A stretch of 64,000 bases of DNA from Candidatus Heimdallarchaeota archaeon (GCA_011364965.1 RDOB01000004.1:360769-424768), one strand, 5' to 3'. Shown: positions 1-9,665, counted from the first letter of the stretch. Numbers and translations are program-made. The notes: generated from the letters alone by a model not told the origin.

Positions 1-535
1 GAGAAATTCGTGGGTTCTCTATTTTAATTCTTCTTGTGTTATTTTGAATGACTGCAGGTTCAACATCACAGATTGCAATCCTATTTTCTACTAGTTCAGG
101 TGGTTGAAAAGCTATTGCATGTGGATCTAATTTAGTAACTGCTGCGCTCACTGCTTCGTTATTAGTGCAAATAACAGTATAAAGGCGACTAGTTCGTGAT
201 TCCCGAACAATTTTTTCTAAAGAAAATAAGCTCTGTTGTGTATCGATAGGATTTATAACAACTCCTTCAGCTCCTGCTTCTTTTATCATGTCTATCACAA
301 TTAAACCCGATTTATTATAATTTGAGAATGGATCCAGTCGTTGAGAGAATATGGGAATTTCCAACTCAGAAGAATATTTAGCTAAATTTGTTAGAGACGG
401 ACAGACTGCTATATTTATACCCAATTCTTGGGACACTTTCTCCGCAGTTTTAGCTAACTTCATACCTTTCTCCCCAGCTGTTTCAGGATAAGCTTGAAAA
501 TCAATGATAATTTTCGGTGCAAAAAATTCTCTCAT
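1..535 (-). CDS. Archaeal-type triosephosphate isomerase homolog with catalytic residues substituted (3' end runs off window)
   Basis: Manual translation from ATG at 535: MREFFAPKIIIDFQAYPETAGEKG...EIPIFSQRLDP...IKEAGAEGVVINPID...VICTNNEAVSAAVTKLDPHAIAFQPPELVE. Colinear with archaeal TpiA (IAINFKTY...IPVFAQHIDP...KEAGAVGTLLNHSE...[29 protein letters not shown]). Absent from the ORF track because it is truncated. Confidence 0.85.
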   Translation of the reverse strand, partial: MREFFAPKIIIDFQAYPETAGEKGMKLAKTAEKVSQELGINIAVCPSLTNLAKYSSELEIPIFSQRLDPFSNYNKSGLIVIDMIKEAGAEGVVINPIDTQQSLFSLEKIVRESRTSRLYTVICTNNEAVSAAVTKLDPHAIAFQPPELVENRIAICDVEPAVIQNNTRRIKIENPRIS

Positions 536-953
536 TCTTTACTAAACATCCTTATTTCTTATTATTGAGGAAAATCAGTGTAATTTTTCATTCTTGTCCT
601 ATTATTTCGCTTAAAAGCAGTATTTTAAGAAATAACTCTTTAGATCTATCCTTTTATTATCCGTATAAAGAATATTGTCTAAGATGCAGATGTAATACCG
701 AATTATTCATTCACTCTTTTATTCTTAAGGTTCTCAATCATTCCATATTAATGAATTAAAGTACTTTAGAGGCTTTTAATTTTATATTTGTATCAAACAA
801 CTTCCTCCACTAGATGAGCTTTGTGATAAAAACTAGGTACTTTATAATTCATGAATGGATCCTTCTACTTTTTTTGACGTAACTCTTAAAGATTCCTCTC
901 AATTTCGACCTTTTGAATAGTTTAACGCATAAATAGAAAGGAGCTAATGTTGA

Positions 954-1559
954 TTGAGCCAGCGGTCACGGTCATCGCGAAGAATGGTAGATAAATGGTC
1001 TACTAAACAATTATTTAACGTTTACAGTCCACCAGGATTCTTAGATGGTGATGAGAGAATTGTGGGAGAAACGATTACTTCAGATCCTAGTATGCTAATT
1101 GGTAGAGTTATTGAAGTATCCCTTGCAGATATAATTAACGATTATTCAAAGATGCATGTGAAGTTACAATTTCAAATAGTTGAAGTCACAGGGTCTAATG
1201 CAAAAACAAGATTTAAGGGTCACTCATTCGCGCGAGACTATCTAAGATTTCTTGTAAGGAGACGTCGAACTCGAATAGATAGTATAAATACCATAAAAAC
1301 TAAAGATGGAGTTCCTTTTAGAATTACAGCTACTGGTTTTACCACTCATAGATCCAAAACTAGTCAAAAAGATGCAATTAGAAGAGAAATGCTGTCCATT
1401 ATCGATGAAAAAGCAAATGAACTCAATAGTATGGATTTCATTCGGGAAGCTACTGGTGGAAAACTTGGTTCGTATGTGTTTACAAAATGCAAACAAATAT
1501 ATCCTCTTAAAAGTGTTGAGATTCAGAAATCAAAGCTTCTTAAACCAATTTCAAGTTGA
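954..1559 (+). CDS. rps3ae: 30S ribosomal protein S3Ae (eS1)
   Basis: DKWSTKQLFNVYSP, GRVIEVSLADI, DYLRFLVRRRRTRID and IYPLKSVEIQK motifs; TTG start. Confidence 0.97.
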   Translation: MSQRSRSSRRMVDKWSTKQLFNVYSPPGFLDGDERIVGETITSDPSMLIGRVIEVSLADIINDYSKMHVKLQFQIVEVTGSNAKTRFKGHSFARDYLRFLVRRRRTRIDSINTIKTKDGVPFRITATGFTTHRSKTSQKDAIRREMLSIIDEKANELNSMDFIREATGGKLGSYVFTKCKQIYPLKSVEIQKSKLLKPISS

Positions 1560-1814
1560 ATGATTTTCTTCATTGGTTTTTAAAGTCAAAACTTCCTCCA
1601 CTACATTCATCAAGGAAAGAATATCAAAAAACGTTGTTAGGGCCGTTTCTATCTTCGAAATAGATTTAATTGTAAAAATAACCTTATTTTTTCTCACTTG
1701 TGAATGTATTGACATTGGAGGATTAATATTATTATCTGGTTCCAAAGCTGACTGGATTAATTTTGCCTCTTTCTCTGAATTGGTTTTAATTTGAAAAATA
1801 TAATTAATTTTCAA
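1551..1814 (-). CDS. pcc1: KEOPS complex subunit Pcc1
   Basis: 87 aa with A-x-x-I-x-x-AL-x-PD motif; sits in the conserved rps15-DHH-pcc1-rps3ae neighbourhood. Confidence 0.85.
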   Translation of the reverse strand: MKINYIFQIKTNSEKEAKLIQSALEPDNNINPPMSIHSQVRKNKVIFTIKSISKIETALTTFFDILSLMNVVEEVLTLKTNEENHST

Positions 1815-1821
1815 TTTTTTC

Positions 1822-3213
1822 TCACGTTAATGCAGATTTTAAATTATTTATAACATTAATTAGGTTTTCTTTTCTAATTATTGCTCCTGCAGCCCTACTA
1901 TGTCCTCCTACCTCGGTATTTGGCTCTAATTCATCAATAGTTTGTTTTAAAAGATTGCTTAAATCAATATCTAAATTTGAGTCTTTTGTTAGTCTCATAC
2001 TTATTTTTAATTTCTCATCGTCAATTTCTGTAAATCCTAATAGAGGTTTGTCTTTTAATCCCTTTCTTGTACTAAACATTGAGAGTATAGTACCTATCAA
2101 CCTCTCATTGATGATCTCCTTTCCATCTAATACATACAGTTTATCATCTTCTAGTAGATTCTTGTAACCCCATTTAATACAACGTGAAATTTCTTCCTTA
2201 TATTGCATATTAATCAAATTGAATTCCCTCCATGCTTCTTTCCGGTCTCCCATGCATAATGCAATACCGATATCAGGACGCTGGAGTCGCCCACAAGAGT
2301 TTAACTTCGATGCAAACACTCTAGCGTCTTTTAACATCAGATTCCCTTCCTGCTGAAGCTGATAATCGGTCTTGTAGAGGTCATTTTCATTGAATTCATA
2401 CTTTTGAATTAACTCCGATGCTAAATCCCTACATTCTTCTTTAGAAAGATCAAAGAAAGATCTTTCTTTCCCATTTTTGCTTACTTGAATCCCAATATTT
2501 GACAAGAAAGCTATTATTTCATTCTGATTATTAAATTTAAAAAGCTCACTAAACTGTAAAATTGATAATAGTGATCTTGTCCTGTCGAAAAACCACACTG
2601 AAACAGAATTAGTTATTAAATTAACTTTAAGTGCATCCAATACTATATAATGATTTAAACCTATTAATGAAGCGTTTTTTCCTTGATCCTGTCTATCTCC
2701 TAGTGCACCAATAATCGCTAAGAAAGATAGATCTATATTTATCGGATTTATGAACTTTGAAACTAGGTATACAACCCCAGCTCCACTTATCTCTGTAGTT
2801 CCATCTATAGAAAATAAATGTGGATTTAAATGGTGAATATTATTCGGTAAATCTGGTTCATCAACAATAGTATGATGGTCTAGTATAAATATTTCGGATG
2901 TCCCCTTCCAATTGAGAAATCCGTCCAAAACGCCTGTTCCGATATCAGAGAATATTATTGTTGATTTAGTGGAATAAGTTTGTTGGATTTCTGATATTAT
3001 GGTATATTCTAGTCGTTCTAGTATCCTTATATTGAATGATAATCCTACTCTTGCCAAGGCAATGCCAAGAATGGACGCAGCTGTCAAACCATCCGCATCG
3101 AGATGAGAAAAAATTATTATAGAATTTTTTTTTCCAGTTTCTAAGATTAAATCAGCCATTTCTTTACATGCTTTAAAAAAATCGGAATCAGTAATCATTA
3201 GTTTAGTCTCCAT
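1822..3213 (-). CDS. DHH-family phosphoesterase, RecJ/Cdc45-like
   Basis: SHLDADG, SDIG, ILDHH, GALGD and GGHSRAAGA motifs intact. Confidence 0.93.
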   Translation of the reverse strand: METKLMITDSDFFKACKEMADLILETGKKNSIIIFSHLDADGLTAASILGIALARVGLSFNIRILERLEYTIISEIQQTYSTKSTIIFSDIGTGVLDGFLNWKGTSEIFILDHHTIVDEPDLPNNIHHLNPHLFSIDGTTEISGAGVVYLVSKFINPINIDLSFLAIIGALGDRQDQGKNASLIGLNHYIVLDALKVNLITNSVSVWFFDRTRSLLSILQFSELFKFNNQNEIIAFLSNIGIQVSKNGKERSFFDLSKEECRDLASELIQKYEFNENDLYKTDYQLQQEGNLMLKDARVFASKLNSCGRLQRPDIGIALCMGDRKEAWREFNLINMQYKEEISRCIKWGYKNLLEDDKLYVLDGKEIINERLIGTILSMFSTRKGLKDKPLLGFTEIDDEKLKISMRLTKDSNLDIDLSNLLKQTIDELEPNTEVGGHSRAAGAIIRKENLINVINNLKSALT

Positions 3214-3388
3214 GAATAAGAGCTTATTTCAATTGAATTCTGCACCCATATGATATATTTCTTGGGAAAAGGAGTTTATGGGTGTTTTTAGAATTACTAC
3301 AGGATGATTATCTTATATAATCAAATATATTATTTCCCTTTGGTACTTGAGTTTCCAGAGACCCTATCAAAACTGATATTAGTTAAAT

Positions 3389-4294
3389 TTATATCAATCC
3401 TTTATCGATTAAGGTTCTAAATTCCTCAAATGATAGTTTTCTTCCCTCTTCAAATTTCTTTTTGGCGTCTTCTGTTTTTTCTTCGAGGATTTCTCTACGT
3501 TGAGCATCTTGGGCTTCACGTACTTTTTGTTTATTTTTGGTAATATCATGACGTATTCGGTTAATTTCACGAATGTATGTTAGATATTCATTGTGAATTG
3601 AGTTTGCTTGTTCTTTTGCATCTAAAAATTGAGCATGAAGGTCATCAGCTTGTTTTCGTAACACATCAGCATTTTTAAAAGCTTGGATCATAGTCTTATG
3701 GTGGTGTCTACTCTCTCGCGCCTGATTTCTGAGGTCGTAATCTAATCCTCGAATTTTTCCTCTCAGTGTATCAATACGACTCCTAATTGTTTTTAGGTCT
3801 CGTGAAATTACATCGGTTTCTCTTACTTCTCTAAATTTCTTCTCAAGTCTATTAATACGATCAACAAGTTCTCGTTCATCAGCAATTGATAAATTAGAAG
3901 TAGTTTGAATTTTCCACTCTAATTCTTGAATATTCTTTCTGATCTTTTTAGCAGAAAAATCCGGATGATTCCTTTTTTGAGGTGTTGTTTCTTTAATTTC
4001 CCCTAATTGTTGATCTAACCTCGTAGCTTGTTCCTCAAATCCTTCAATTTCTTTTAAAAGAAGAGATTTTTTTTCTTTTATTTCCGAGATTGCTTCATTA
4101 CATTTATCTCGTTTTTCTCGCTCTTCTTTTGCCGTTTGTATTAATTCTTTGACTTGTTCATTAAGCAAATTGCGTTTATTAGCAATAGAGGTAACTTTGC
4201 GATTGAATCCTTCCCTTTGTTGTTTGATATCTCTCGCGGTTGCTTCTATATTTGAGATTTTAAGCAATTGCGATTCGATATCTTGATCTGACAA
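3389..4294 (-). CDS. Archaeal long coiled-coil protein (COG1340-like)
   Basis: Heptad-rich; LEWKIQTT...ERELV and C-terminal KLSFEEF motifs. Confidence 0.75.
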   Translation of the reverse strand: MSDQDIESQLLKISNIEATARDIKQQREGFNRKVTSIANKRNLLNEQVKELIQTAKEEREKRDKCNEAISEIKEKKSLLLKEIEGFEEQATRLDQQLGEIKETTPQKRNHPDFSAKKIRKNIQELEWKIQTTSNLSIADERELVDRINRLEKKFREVRETDVISRDLKTIRSRIDTLRGKIRGLDYDLRNQARESRHHHKTMIQAFKNADVLRKQADDLHAQFLDAKEQANSIHNEYLTYIREINRIRHDITKNKQKVREAQDAQRREILEEKTEDAKKKFEEGRKLSFEEFRTLIDKGLI

Positions 4295-4359
4295 TGGTTA
4301 ACCTTCATTTCAATGGATATTCAAAAGTTTGTTTAGATGAGTTTTTTTCGTTAAATAGC

Positions 4360-4818
4360 TCATCTAAGGTAGAGTGTTGCTTTCGAGGGTTCGTATTTGA
4401 AATCTGGTTCAAAAATCCCTTTTTTTCTATAATATTTAGTTAATCGTCTAATTTTAGATTCAATTAATTGAAGGCCTCTTCTTGAATGAATATCTTTTTT
4501 GTTTCCGCTTTCTAGGTGAGTTCGCAAGATTGATGCTTTTCTTACTAGATTTAGGAAATCTTCTGGCATATTTGGCCCTAGATCATTCTCCTTCATTATT
4601 TTTGTAATAGATCTACTCGTAATTTTTTTTACGTTAGGAATAGCATAGGTGTCTCTTAGAATTAAACCGATTTGAGCGGATCCAAGACCCTCCTTAGCTT
4701 TGTCTATTACAAGATTTTCAATTTCTTCTGACGAATAAGGTATCCATTCTGGAGTCTTTCTCCATATAGGGCGTGTTGAGCCACTTTTTCCCTTTCGTCT
4801 GGCATGCATTCTCGCCAT
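4360..4818 (-). CDS. rps15: 30S ribosomal protein S15 (uS15)
   Basis: [18 protein letters not shown]-terminus (ATG 4818); [12 protein letters not shown]. Confidence 0.98.
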   Translation of the reverse strand: MARMHARRKGKSGSTRPIWRKTPEWIPYSSEEIENLVIDKAKEGLGSAQIGLILRDTYAIPNVKKITSRSITKIMKENDLGPNMPEDFLNLVRKASILRTHLESGNKKDIHSRRGLQLIESKIRRLTKYYRKKGIFEPDFKYEPSKATLYLR

Positions 4819-4943
4819 TCTATTTTTCACCAGAGATAACTAAACAAAATTTTCCTTTAGAATATAAATTGAGTTTAAACTCTTATTAGCAGTCAATTCA
4901 AGGAGAATTTGTTTGATTCATAAATCTTATTTCATTCTTTGTC

Positions 4944-5546
4944 TTGGTATATATTATGCCATACGTTTCACCTTTCCATTCAATCACCTTTGCTACAAGT
5001 AATATCAATAAATTTCGTGAGATTCAGAATATTTTTCAACGAAAATCAAATTATAAGCTTCAATTATTACCCAGTGAGCTTCTAGAAATTCAAGCAAACA
5101 GCTTAGAGGAAGTAGCAGCTTTTTCTTTAGAAAACATTATCTGGGAGGATGAAAATCAACCAATTTTTGTGGAAGACTCGGGTTTGTTTATTTCAGAGTT
5201 GAATGGATTTCCTGGGCCCTATTCATCTTATATTTATCAAACAATTGGATTGAAGGGAGTCTTAGCATTATTGAAAGGAACTACCAAACGCGAAGCTGTA
5301 TTTAAATCTGTAATTGCTCTGAAGTACAAAAAAATTACTCACATCTGTGTTGGAGCCGTACAGGGATCAATTTCGGAATCTATTTCTGATCTAGGTTGGG
5401 GATATGATCCTATTTTCATTCCTGATGGTACGGATGGGAAAACATTTGGTGAGATACAAGAAAAGAAGAATTATATATCTCATCGATATTTTTCTTCCCT
5501 CAAATTGATCCAAACCCTGGAAACTATTCAGAGGGGTGAAGATTAA
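4944..5546 (+). CDS. rdgB: XTP/dITP diphosphatase (Ham1/RdgB family)
   Basis: FATSNINKFRE, VEDSGL, GFPGPYS, GWGYDPIF, SHR motifs. Confidence 0.95.
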   Translation: MVYIMPYVSPFHSITFATSNINKFREIQNIFQRKSNYKLQLLPSELLEIQANSLEEVAAFSLENIIWEDENQPIFVEDSGLFISELNGFPGPYSSYIYQTIGLKGVLALLKGTTKREAVFKSVIALKYKKITHICVGAVQGSISESISDLGWGYDPIFIPDGTDGKTFGEIQEKKNYISHRYFSSLKLIQTLETIQRGED

Positions 5547-6311
5547 ATGCTGAGAAGTCCAGAAGAAACTCTTAAGAATTTAACTTTTATAAAAGCATAT
5601 TATGATCTATTATTTTTAGTTGATCGTGGATATCCTCAACAGAGTGCTGTTTCCTTTGTATCTAATCATTATTTATTGAACAAACAAGCTAACCAATTAT
5701 TAAATCGTATTATATTCTCCAAGCACGAAATATCGATAATTTCTGAAAAAACTATTCCAGATATAAAATTACTTGATAGTTGTGATTTACACATTGATGG
5801 ATACAATCAATTTATAACATTTTTTTCTTTAAAAAACCAAGATACAATTATTCTATGTCGTGATGAGATCTTAAGAGACATTTTTTCTTTCTTACATTCA
5901 AAAAAGGATCTATACTTCGATAATTCATATTTAACATCCTTTATTCTCACGTTCAACCAACTTAATTCAGCAAATCTAATCTTTTATCTTGATAAGCAAT
6001 GGAGTCATAGTAAAAAGCATGCAGAGGCAATTAATAGCATTCTTCATAAACACGATATTTCAGGTGAATGTTTAGTTACACAGAATGTGGATAAACGTCT
6101 CAGAGATCAACAATCAGGGGTCGTTGTATCTCACGATCGTGCAGTTTTAATGAGTTCAAATCAACACTTTAGGTATACAAATTGGCTCTACAAAGTTTTC
6201 TTTGAATTGGATTATGAGAAATCTAAATTCATCGATTTTAAGAGTTTTAATTATTCCTACAATCAATCCTCGAAACTTATTAATAGCTATCCTCTTTCCC
6301 TAAAGACTTGA
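5547..6311 (+). CDS. DUF434-family (PIN-like) protein
   Basis: L-x-RGYP...FVSNHYLL, IDGYN, RDI and VD motifs; abuts rdgB. Confidence 0.75.
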   Translation: MLRSPEETLKNLTFIKAYYDLLFLVDRGYPQQSAVSFVSNHYLLNKQANQLLNRIIFSKHEISIISEKTIPDIKLLDSCDLHIDGYNQFITFFSLKNQDTIILCRDEILRDIFSFLHSKKDLYFDNSYLTSFILTFNQLNSANLIFYLDKQWSHSKKHAEAINSILHKHDISGECLVTQNVDKRLRDQQSGVVVSHDRAVLMSSNQHFRYTNWLYKVFFELDYEKSKFIDFKSFNYSYNQSSKLINSYPLSLKT

Positions 6312-6337
6312 TCAGTTGCAAATTTTACAAAACCTAA

Positions 6338-6532
6338 GGGCACGTAGCGAAGCTAGTGGCCTCGCTATAAAGCGAGACCGGACATGTATCGCGCCGGGCT
6401 CCAGAACTCCTGTGAACTTCACTGGGTTTACTGAGACTCATGATGACGTTCTGGAAAAATGAGGAAACTCGGTGTCACCTATGCATTCTGCAAGGTGTCC
6501 GAAAATCGTCGGTTCAAATCCGACCGTGCCCA
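6338..6532 (+). tRNA. tRNA-Trp(CCA) with three introns (D-loop, 37/38, 45/46)
   Basis: Acceptor GGGCACG/CGTGCCC; D-stem GCGA/TCGC; anticodon stem CCGGG/CTCGG with CCA at 6401-6403; T-arm GTCGG-TTCAAAT-CCGAC. Inserts at ~6355-6385, 6405-6466 and 6475-6504. Confidence 0.93.
6405..6466 (+). ncRNA. Intron-encoded box C/D guide RNA in pre-tRNA-Trp
   Basis: D' CTGA 6431-6434, C' ATGATGA 6440-6446, D ATGA 6459-6462; C box degenerate. Guides are complementary to the pre-tRNA, and the +5 rule hits C34 and C39. Confidence 0.85.
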
Positions 6533-6972
6533 CCTCATGATACCATTGAAGGTAATCTTTTGTTACACTTCCGTTGGAGATTGAAGAAGCAAGAATTACC
6601 TTCTAAAATAGCATAATTTTAAATAAAAATTGAGATTACACTTGATTAGAGAATTTAATATAACCTAATTAAAAATCCTAATCAATTGATTTTACTTATA
6701 TGGTCTAATTGGGCTTCTGATAAATTTGGGTTTATTAGAATTTTTTTTGGGATATACAGCACATTCTTCAACAATTCACGCAAATATTCGATTGACACTT
6801 CCCATTAAACAGATAAATATACATCGAAAACTGCCTTAGACAGAAGAAATTACACTCTAACTACTGTTAATTCTCGTTATTGACCCAATGATATGGATTA
6901 CTGATGTTAGAGTTTGTAAAAAGTCTAATTAACTAATGAATAATACTTTAACTAATATGGAAGTGACGATAA

Positions 6973-7281
6973 TTGGAATATTTACACGCAGCTTTGGTTC
7001 TACATTCTAGTGGTAAAAAAATTACAGAAAAAGGGATTCAAGCCGTAATTAAGGCTGCTGGTGCTACACCAGACGATGCAAAAATCAAAGCACTCGTTGC
7101 CACCCTTTCTTCTATTAATATTGATGAGGCCATTAAAGGAGCTTCTTTAATGACTGCTGCCCCTGTCTCAAAAGGTAAAACAGAACCTTCTAAGGATGTC
7201 CAAGAAGGCGCTAAAGAGGAAGAGGCAAAAGAAGAGGAGGAAGAAGGTGACGATCTAGGGTTGTCTTCTTTATTTGGATAA
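6973..7281 (+). CDS. rpl12: 50S ribosomal stalk protein P1/L12
   Basis: MEYLHAALVLH N-terminus, acidic hinge, GLSSLFG C-terminus. Confidence 0.97.
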   Translation: MEYLHAALVLHSSGKKITEKGIQAVIKAAGATPDDAKIKALVATLSSINIDEAIKGASLMTAAPVSKGKTEPSKDVQEGAKEEEAKEEEEEGDDLGLSSLFG

Positions 7282-7485
7282 TAAAGGATCCCCTCTTTTC
7301 TACAATTTTTTCTTACCAAATCTTTTACTCTCTTTCTTTTGTTATAATTCATCAAAATGACTGTATTTGAAAAAAAAGTCGAATTTGCAAGGTTTTAATA
7401 TTCCTTTTGATTTTTAAGAATTAGGATTGAAACCTCATTTATGTTTCAGACAACAGAAATCTTAAAGCATGACGATGTTTAAAGC

Positions 7486-7558
7486 GGGCCGATGGTGAAG
7501 TAGGTATCACGCCGCCTTCGCAAGGCGGAGAGCCCGAGTTCAAATCTCGGTCGGTCCA
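7486..7558 (+). tRNA. tRNA-Ala(CGC)
   Basis: GGGCCGA/TCGGTCC acceptor with G3:U70; CCGCC-TT-CGC-AA-GGCGG anticodon arm. Confidence 0.95.
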
Positions 7559-7599
7559 CTATATATAATTATTAGGCAAATTATATCTAAGGAATTGCA

Positions 7600-8646
7600 A
7601 TGTCAGTTCACCCAATACCAAATAGAAATATGTTGTTAAATCGTTCTAAACATGCATTTTTTGGTGCAGGATACACGCTTTGGGATGATTACTGTAATTC
7701 AACCTCTTTTGATTTCATTGCCAAAAAAGATAATGTCTCCTCTTCATCACAGCATATTATTACCAAAATTGTCGTTGATTTGGATTTATTTAGAAAACAA
7801 ACGTCAATAGAATTGCAATTAATTTCAAGCTTGATTTCCGGTTCTCCTTTAGTAATAGGTCATTCAGCAGCTGGAAAACATCTTGATGAAGCCACTCTTT
7901 ATCGAAGGCACAATGTCTCTGCTGTCTCGATCCCGACTTTGCTTATGCTTTTAAAATATGAAAAGGGTGAGCATTCGTCCAAAATTTCAAAATTTTCTCA
8001 TCCTGGAGGGATAGCAGTCAATATTTCAAAGGAAATCTTAAAAGCAAGGAGAAAATATCTACAAATGAATCAGAAACTCCTTGCAGAGAAAATTGGAGTA
8101 TCTCGTCATTCTTTGTACAAGTATGAGAAAGGAGAGAGTTTTCCAAATCCTGATACTTATCAAAATCTTAAAAGGATTCTTGGCGATGATCTTGACGTTT
8201 CATTAAATATTCTAGAAACCGAATCAAGAGGATTATGCGAAGAGAATCTCGACAATTTTAAGACACCCAACTCTAATTTGAAGAAGGAAATTGCTTCCTA
8301 CCTCGAAGAAAAGGAATTTAATATTCTCTGGTTTAAATCTAGCCCCTTTGATGGATTATCTGAACCATTATTCGAAGCTAAAATGGATGAAAAATCCAAT
8401 TGCACTCCATATCCCATAATAACTGGAGTTACAGAGAGTACGGAAACGAAAGATGATGAACGTATCATTAAAACTACAAGTTTATCTCAATTTCTTCAAA
8501 AACAAGCGATATGGTTCGTTGAAGATGATTTAGATAAAGATGATTCTGGGTATGAATCATTTGCAATTACTTTCGTAAAAATCTCTGATCTTGAACGAAT
8601 GCCTTCAAGTGAATTTAAAAAACTTCTCTCACGAAAGAATAAATGA
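7600..8646 (+). CDS. Archaeal Cro/C1-HTH transcriptional regulator (COG1395-like)
   Basis: N-terminal SFDFIAKK nuclease-like fold; central LAEKIGVSRHSLYKYEKG HTH; second PFD repeat. Confidence 0.85.
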   Translation: MSVHPIPNRNMLLNRSKHAFFGAGYTLWDDYCNSTSFDFIAKKDNVSSSSQHIITKIVVDLDLFRKQTSIELQLISSLISGSPLVIGHSAAGKHLDEATLYRRHNVSAVSIPTLLMLLKYEKGEHSSKISKFSHPGGIAVNISKEILKARRKYLQMNQKLLAEKIGVSRHSLYKYEKGESFPNPDTYQNLKRILGDDLDVSLNILETESRGLCEENLDNFKTPNSNLKKEIASYLEEKEFNILWFKSSPFDGLSEPLFEAKMDEKSNCTPYPIITGVTESTETKDDERIIKTTSLSQFLQKQAIWFVEDDLDKDDSGYESFAITFVKISDLERMPSSEFKKLLSRKNK

Positions 8647-8885
8647 TATTTGTCATTCCAATCCTCGACAAAGCAATTCTTGGAAAGCAACGTATTTCGA
8701 AAAGAAATTAAGCTTGACTTTTAGCCCAATTAATTGAATAGATATTTGATATGAAGTTGTTTGCACTCTTTCTACTTGTTTTCCAATTAGGTTAAACACC
8801 AGTATTAAATTTAGACATGGAAAATATCAGTAGAATTTACATATCATAATCTTATTCATTAAATAACTGCTAAAAGGTCCTTCAC

Positions 8886-9338
8886 ATGTCAAAAAAGCAA
8901 ACTGAATCTAACAATGACGTTGCTACTCGCTTACCATGGCTACCTGGTCTTAAGAGACCCGCTATTACATTTCGAATTCCAGATGTTGCTTTACCGTATG
9001 AAACTCCCCATAGATACATCTTAGCGGTACTCTTGGTGGCTATTATTTTCATCCTTGCTGGAGGAATTTATGATATTACAGAAAATCCTCTACCTATGGG
9101 CCAGACTTCTACTGCGCTAGTACCAATATTCCAATCAGCAAGCGAGCAATTCTTGGTTGAATCCTTAATTGCAGCATTATTCTTTGCGCTGGGTTCTGGC
9201 GGATTTTACATGATTAGGTATTCCACTCGGTTTGCTTATGACATCCGGACCTCTATTACCTTGATCATAATTGGGATCTTGCTTGCAATAATTGCTGCAG
9301 GAAGTATTACAATTCTCTATGATTGGAAACTGCAATAA
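8886..9338 (+). CDS. Oligosaccharyltransferase subunit OSTC/DC2-like membrane protein (OST3/OST6 superfamily)
   Basis: 150 aa, 3 TM; LKRP...FILAGGIYDITENP...QFLVESLIAALFFALGSGGF parallels eukaryotic DC2 (LKKP...FLITGGIIYDVIVEP...[20 protein letters not shown]). Confidence 0.85.
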   Translation: MSKKQTESNNDVATRLPWLPGLKRPAITFRIPDVALPYETPHRYILAVLLVAIIFILAGGIYDITENPLPMGQTSTALVPIFQSASEQFLVESLIAALFFALGSGGFYMIRYSTRFAYDIRTSITLIIIGILLAIIAAGSITILYDWKLQ

Positions 9339-9362
9339 CAAAAAGATCTAATGCAATTGATA

Positions 9363-9501
9363 GCCGGGGTAGCCAAGCGGACTGGTTAAAGATCCTTCAT
9401 CTCCTCGTACTACGGCGCTGGCCTTGAGTCAACGTGAATTTATAAATGCAGGTAAGCCAGTGTACTTTTTGTACTCGAGGGTTCAAATCCCTCCCCCGGC
9501 G
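9363..9501 (+). tRNA. tRNA-Ser(TGA) with two introns (D-loop and 37/38)
   Basis: GCCGGGG/CCCCGGC acceptor, G73, long variable arm, anticodon TGA 9425-9427; inserts ~9381-9408 and 9429-9454. Confidence 0.92.
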
Positions 9502-9665
9502 TGTTTTTTAAAGGAATTTAAAAAAGAATTCTATTCAATATTTGGAAACAAAAATGTCTATTTCTGTTAAAATACGTTTATTGAGCCTATATTAGGTTTT
9601 TTTAAATGAAAACCAATAATGCTTATAACCTCAGATTATTCCACCTAATTAAGTAATCTAAACGA

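Noticed and set aside
517-759. 80-aa plus-strand ORF
   Set aside because: No recognisable motif; overlaps the start and promoter region of the minus-strand TIM homolog
9363-9501. Possible tRNA-Sec
   Set aside because: The anticodon is TGA (reads UCA, Ser), not TCA; normal 7-bp acceptor stem
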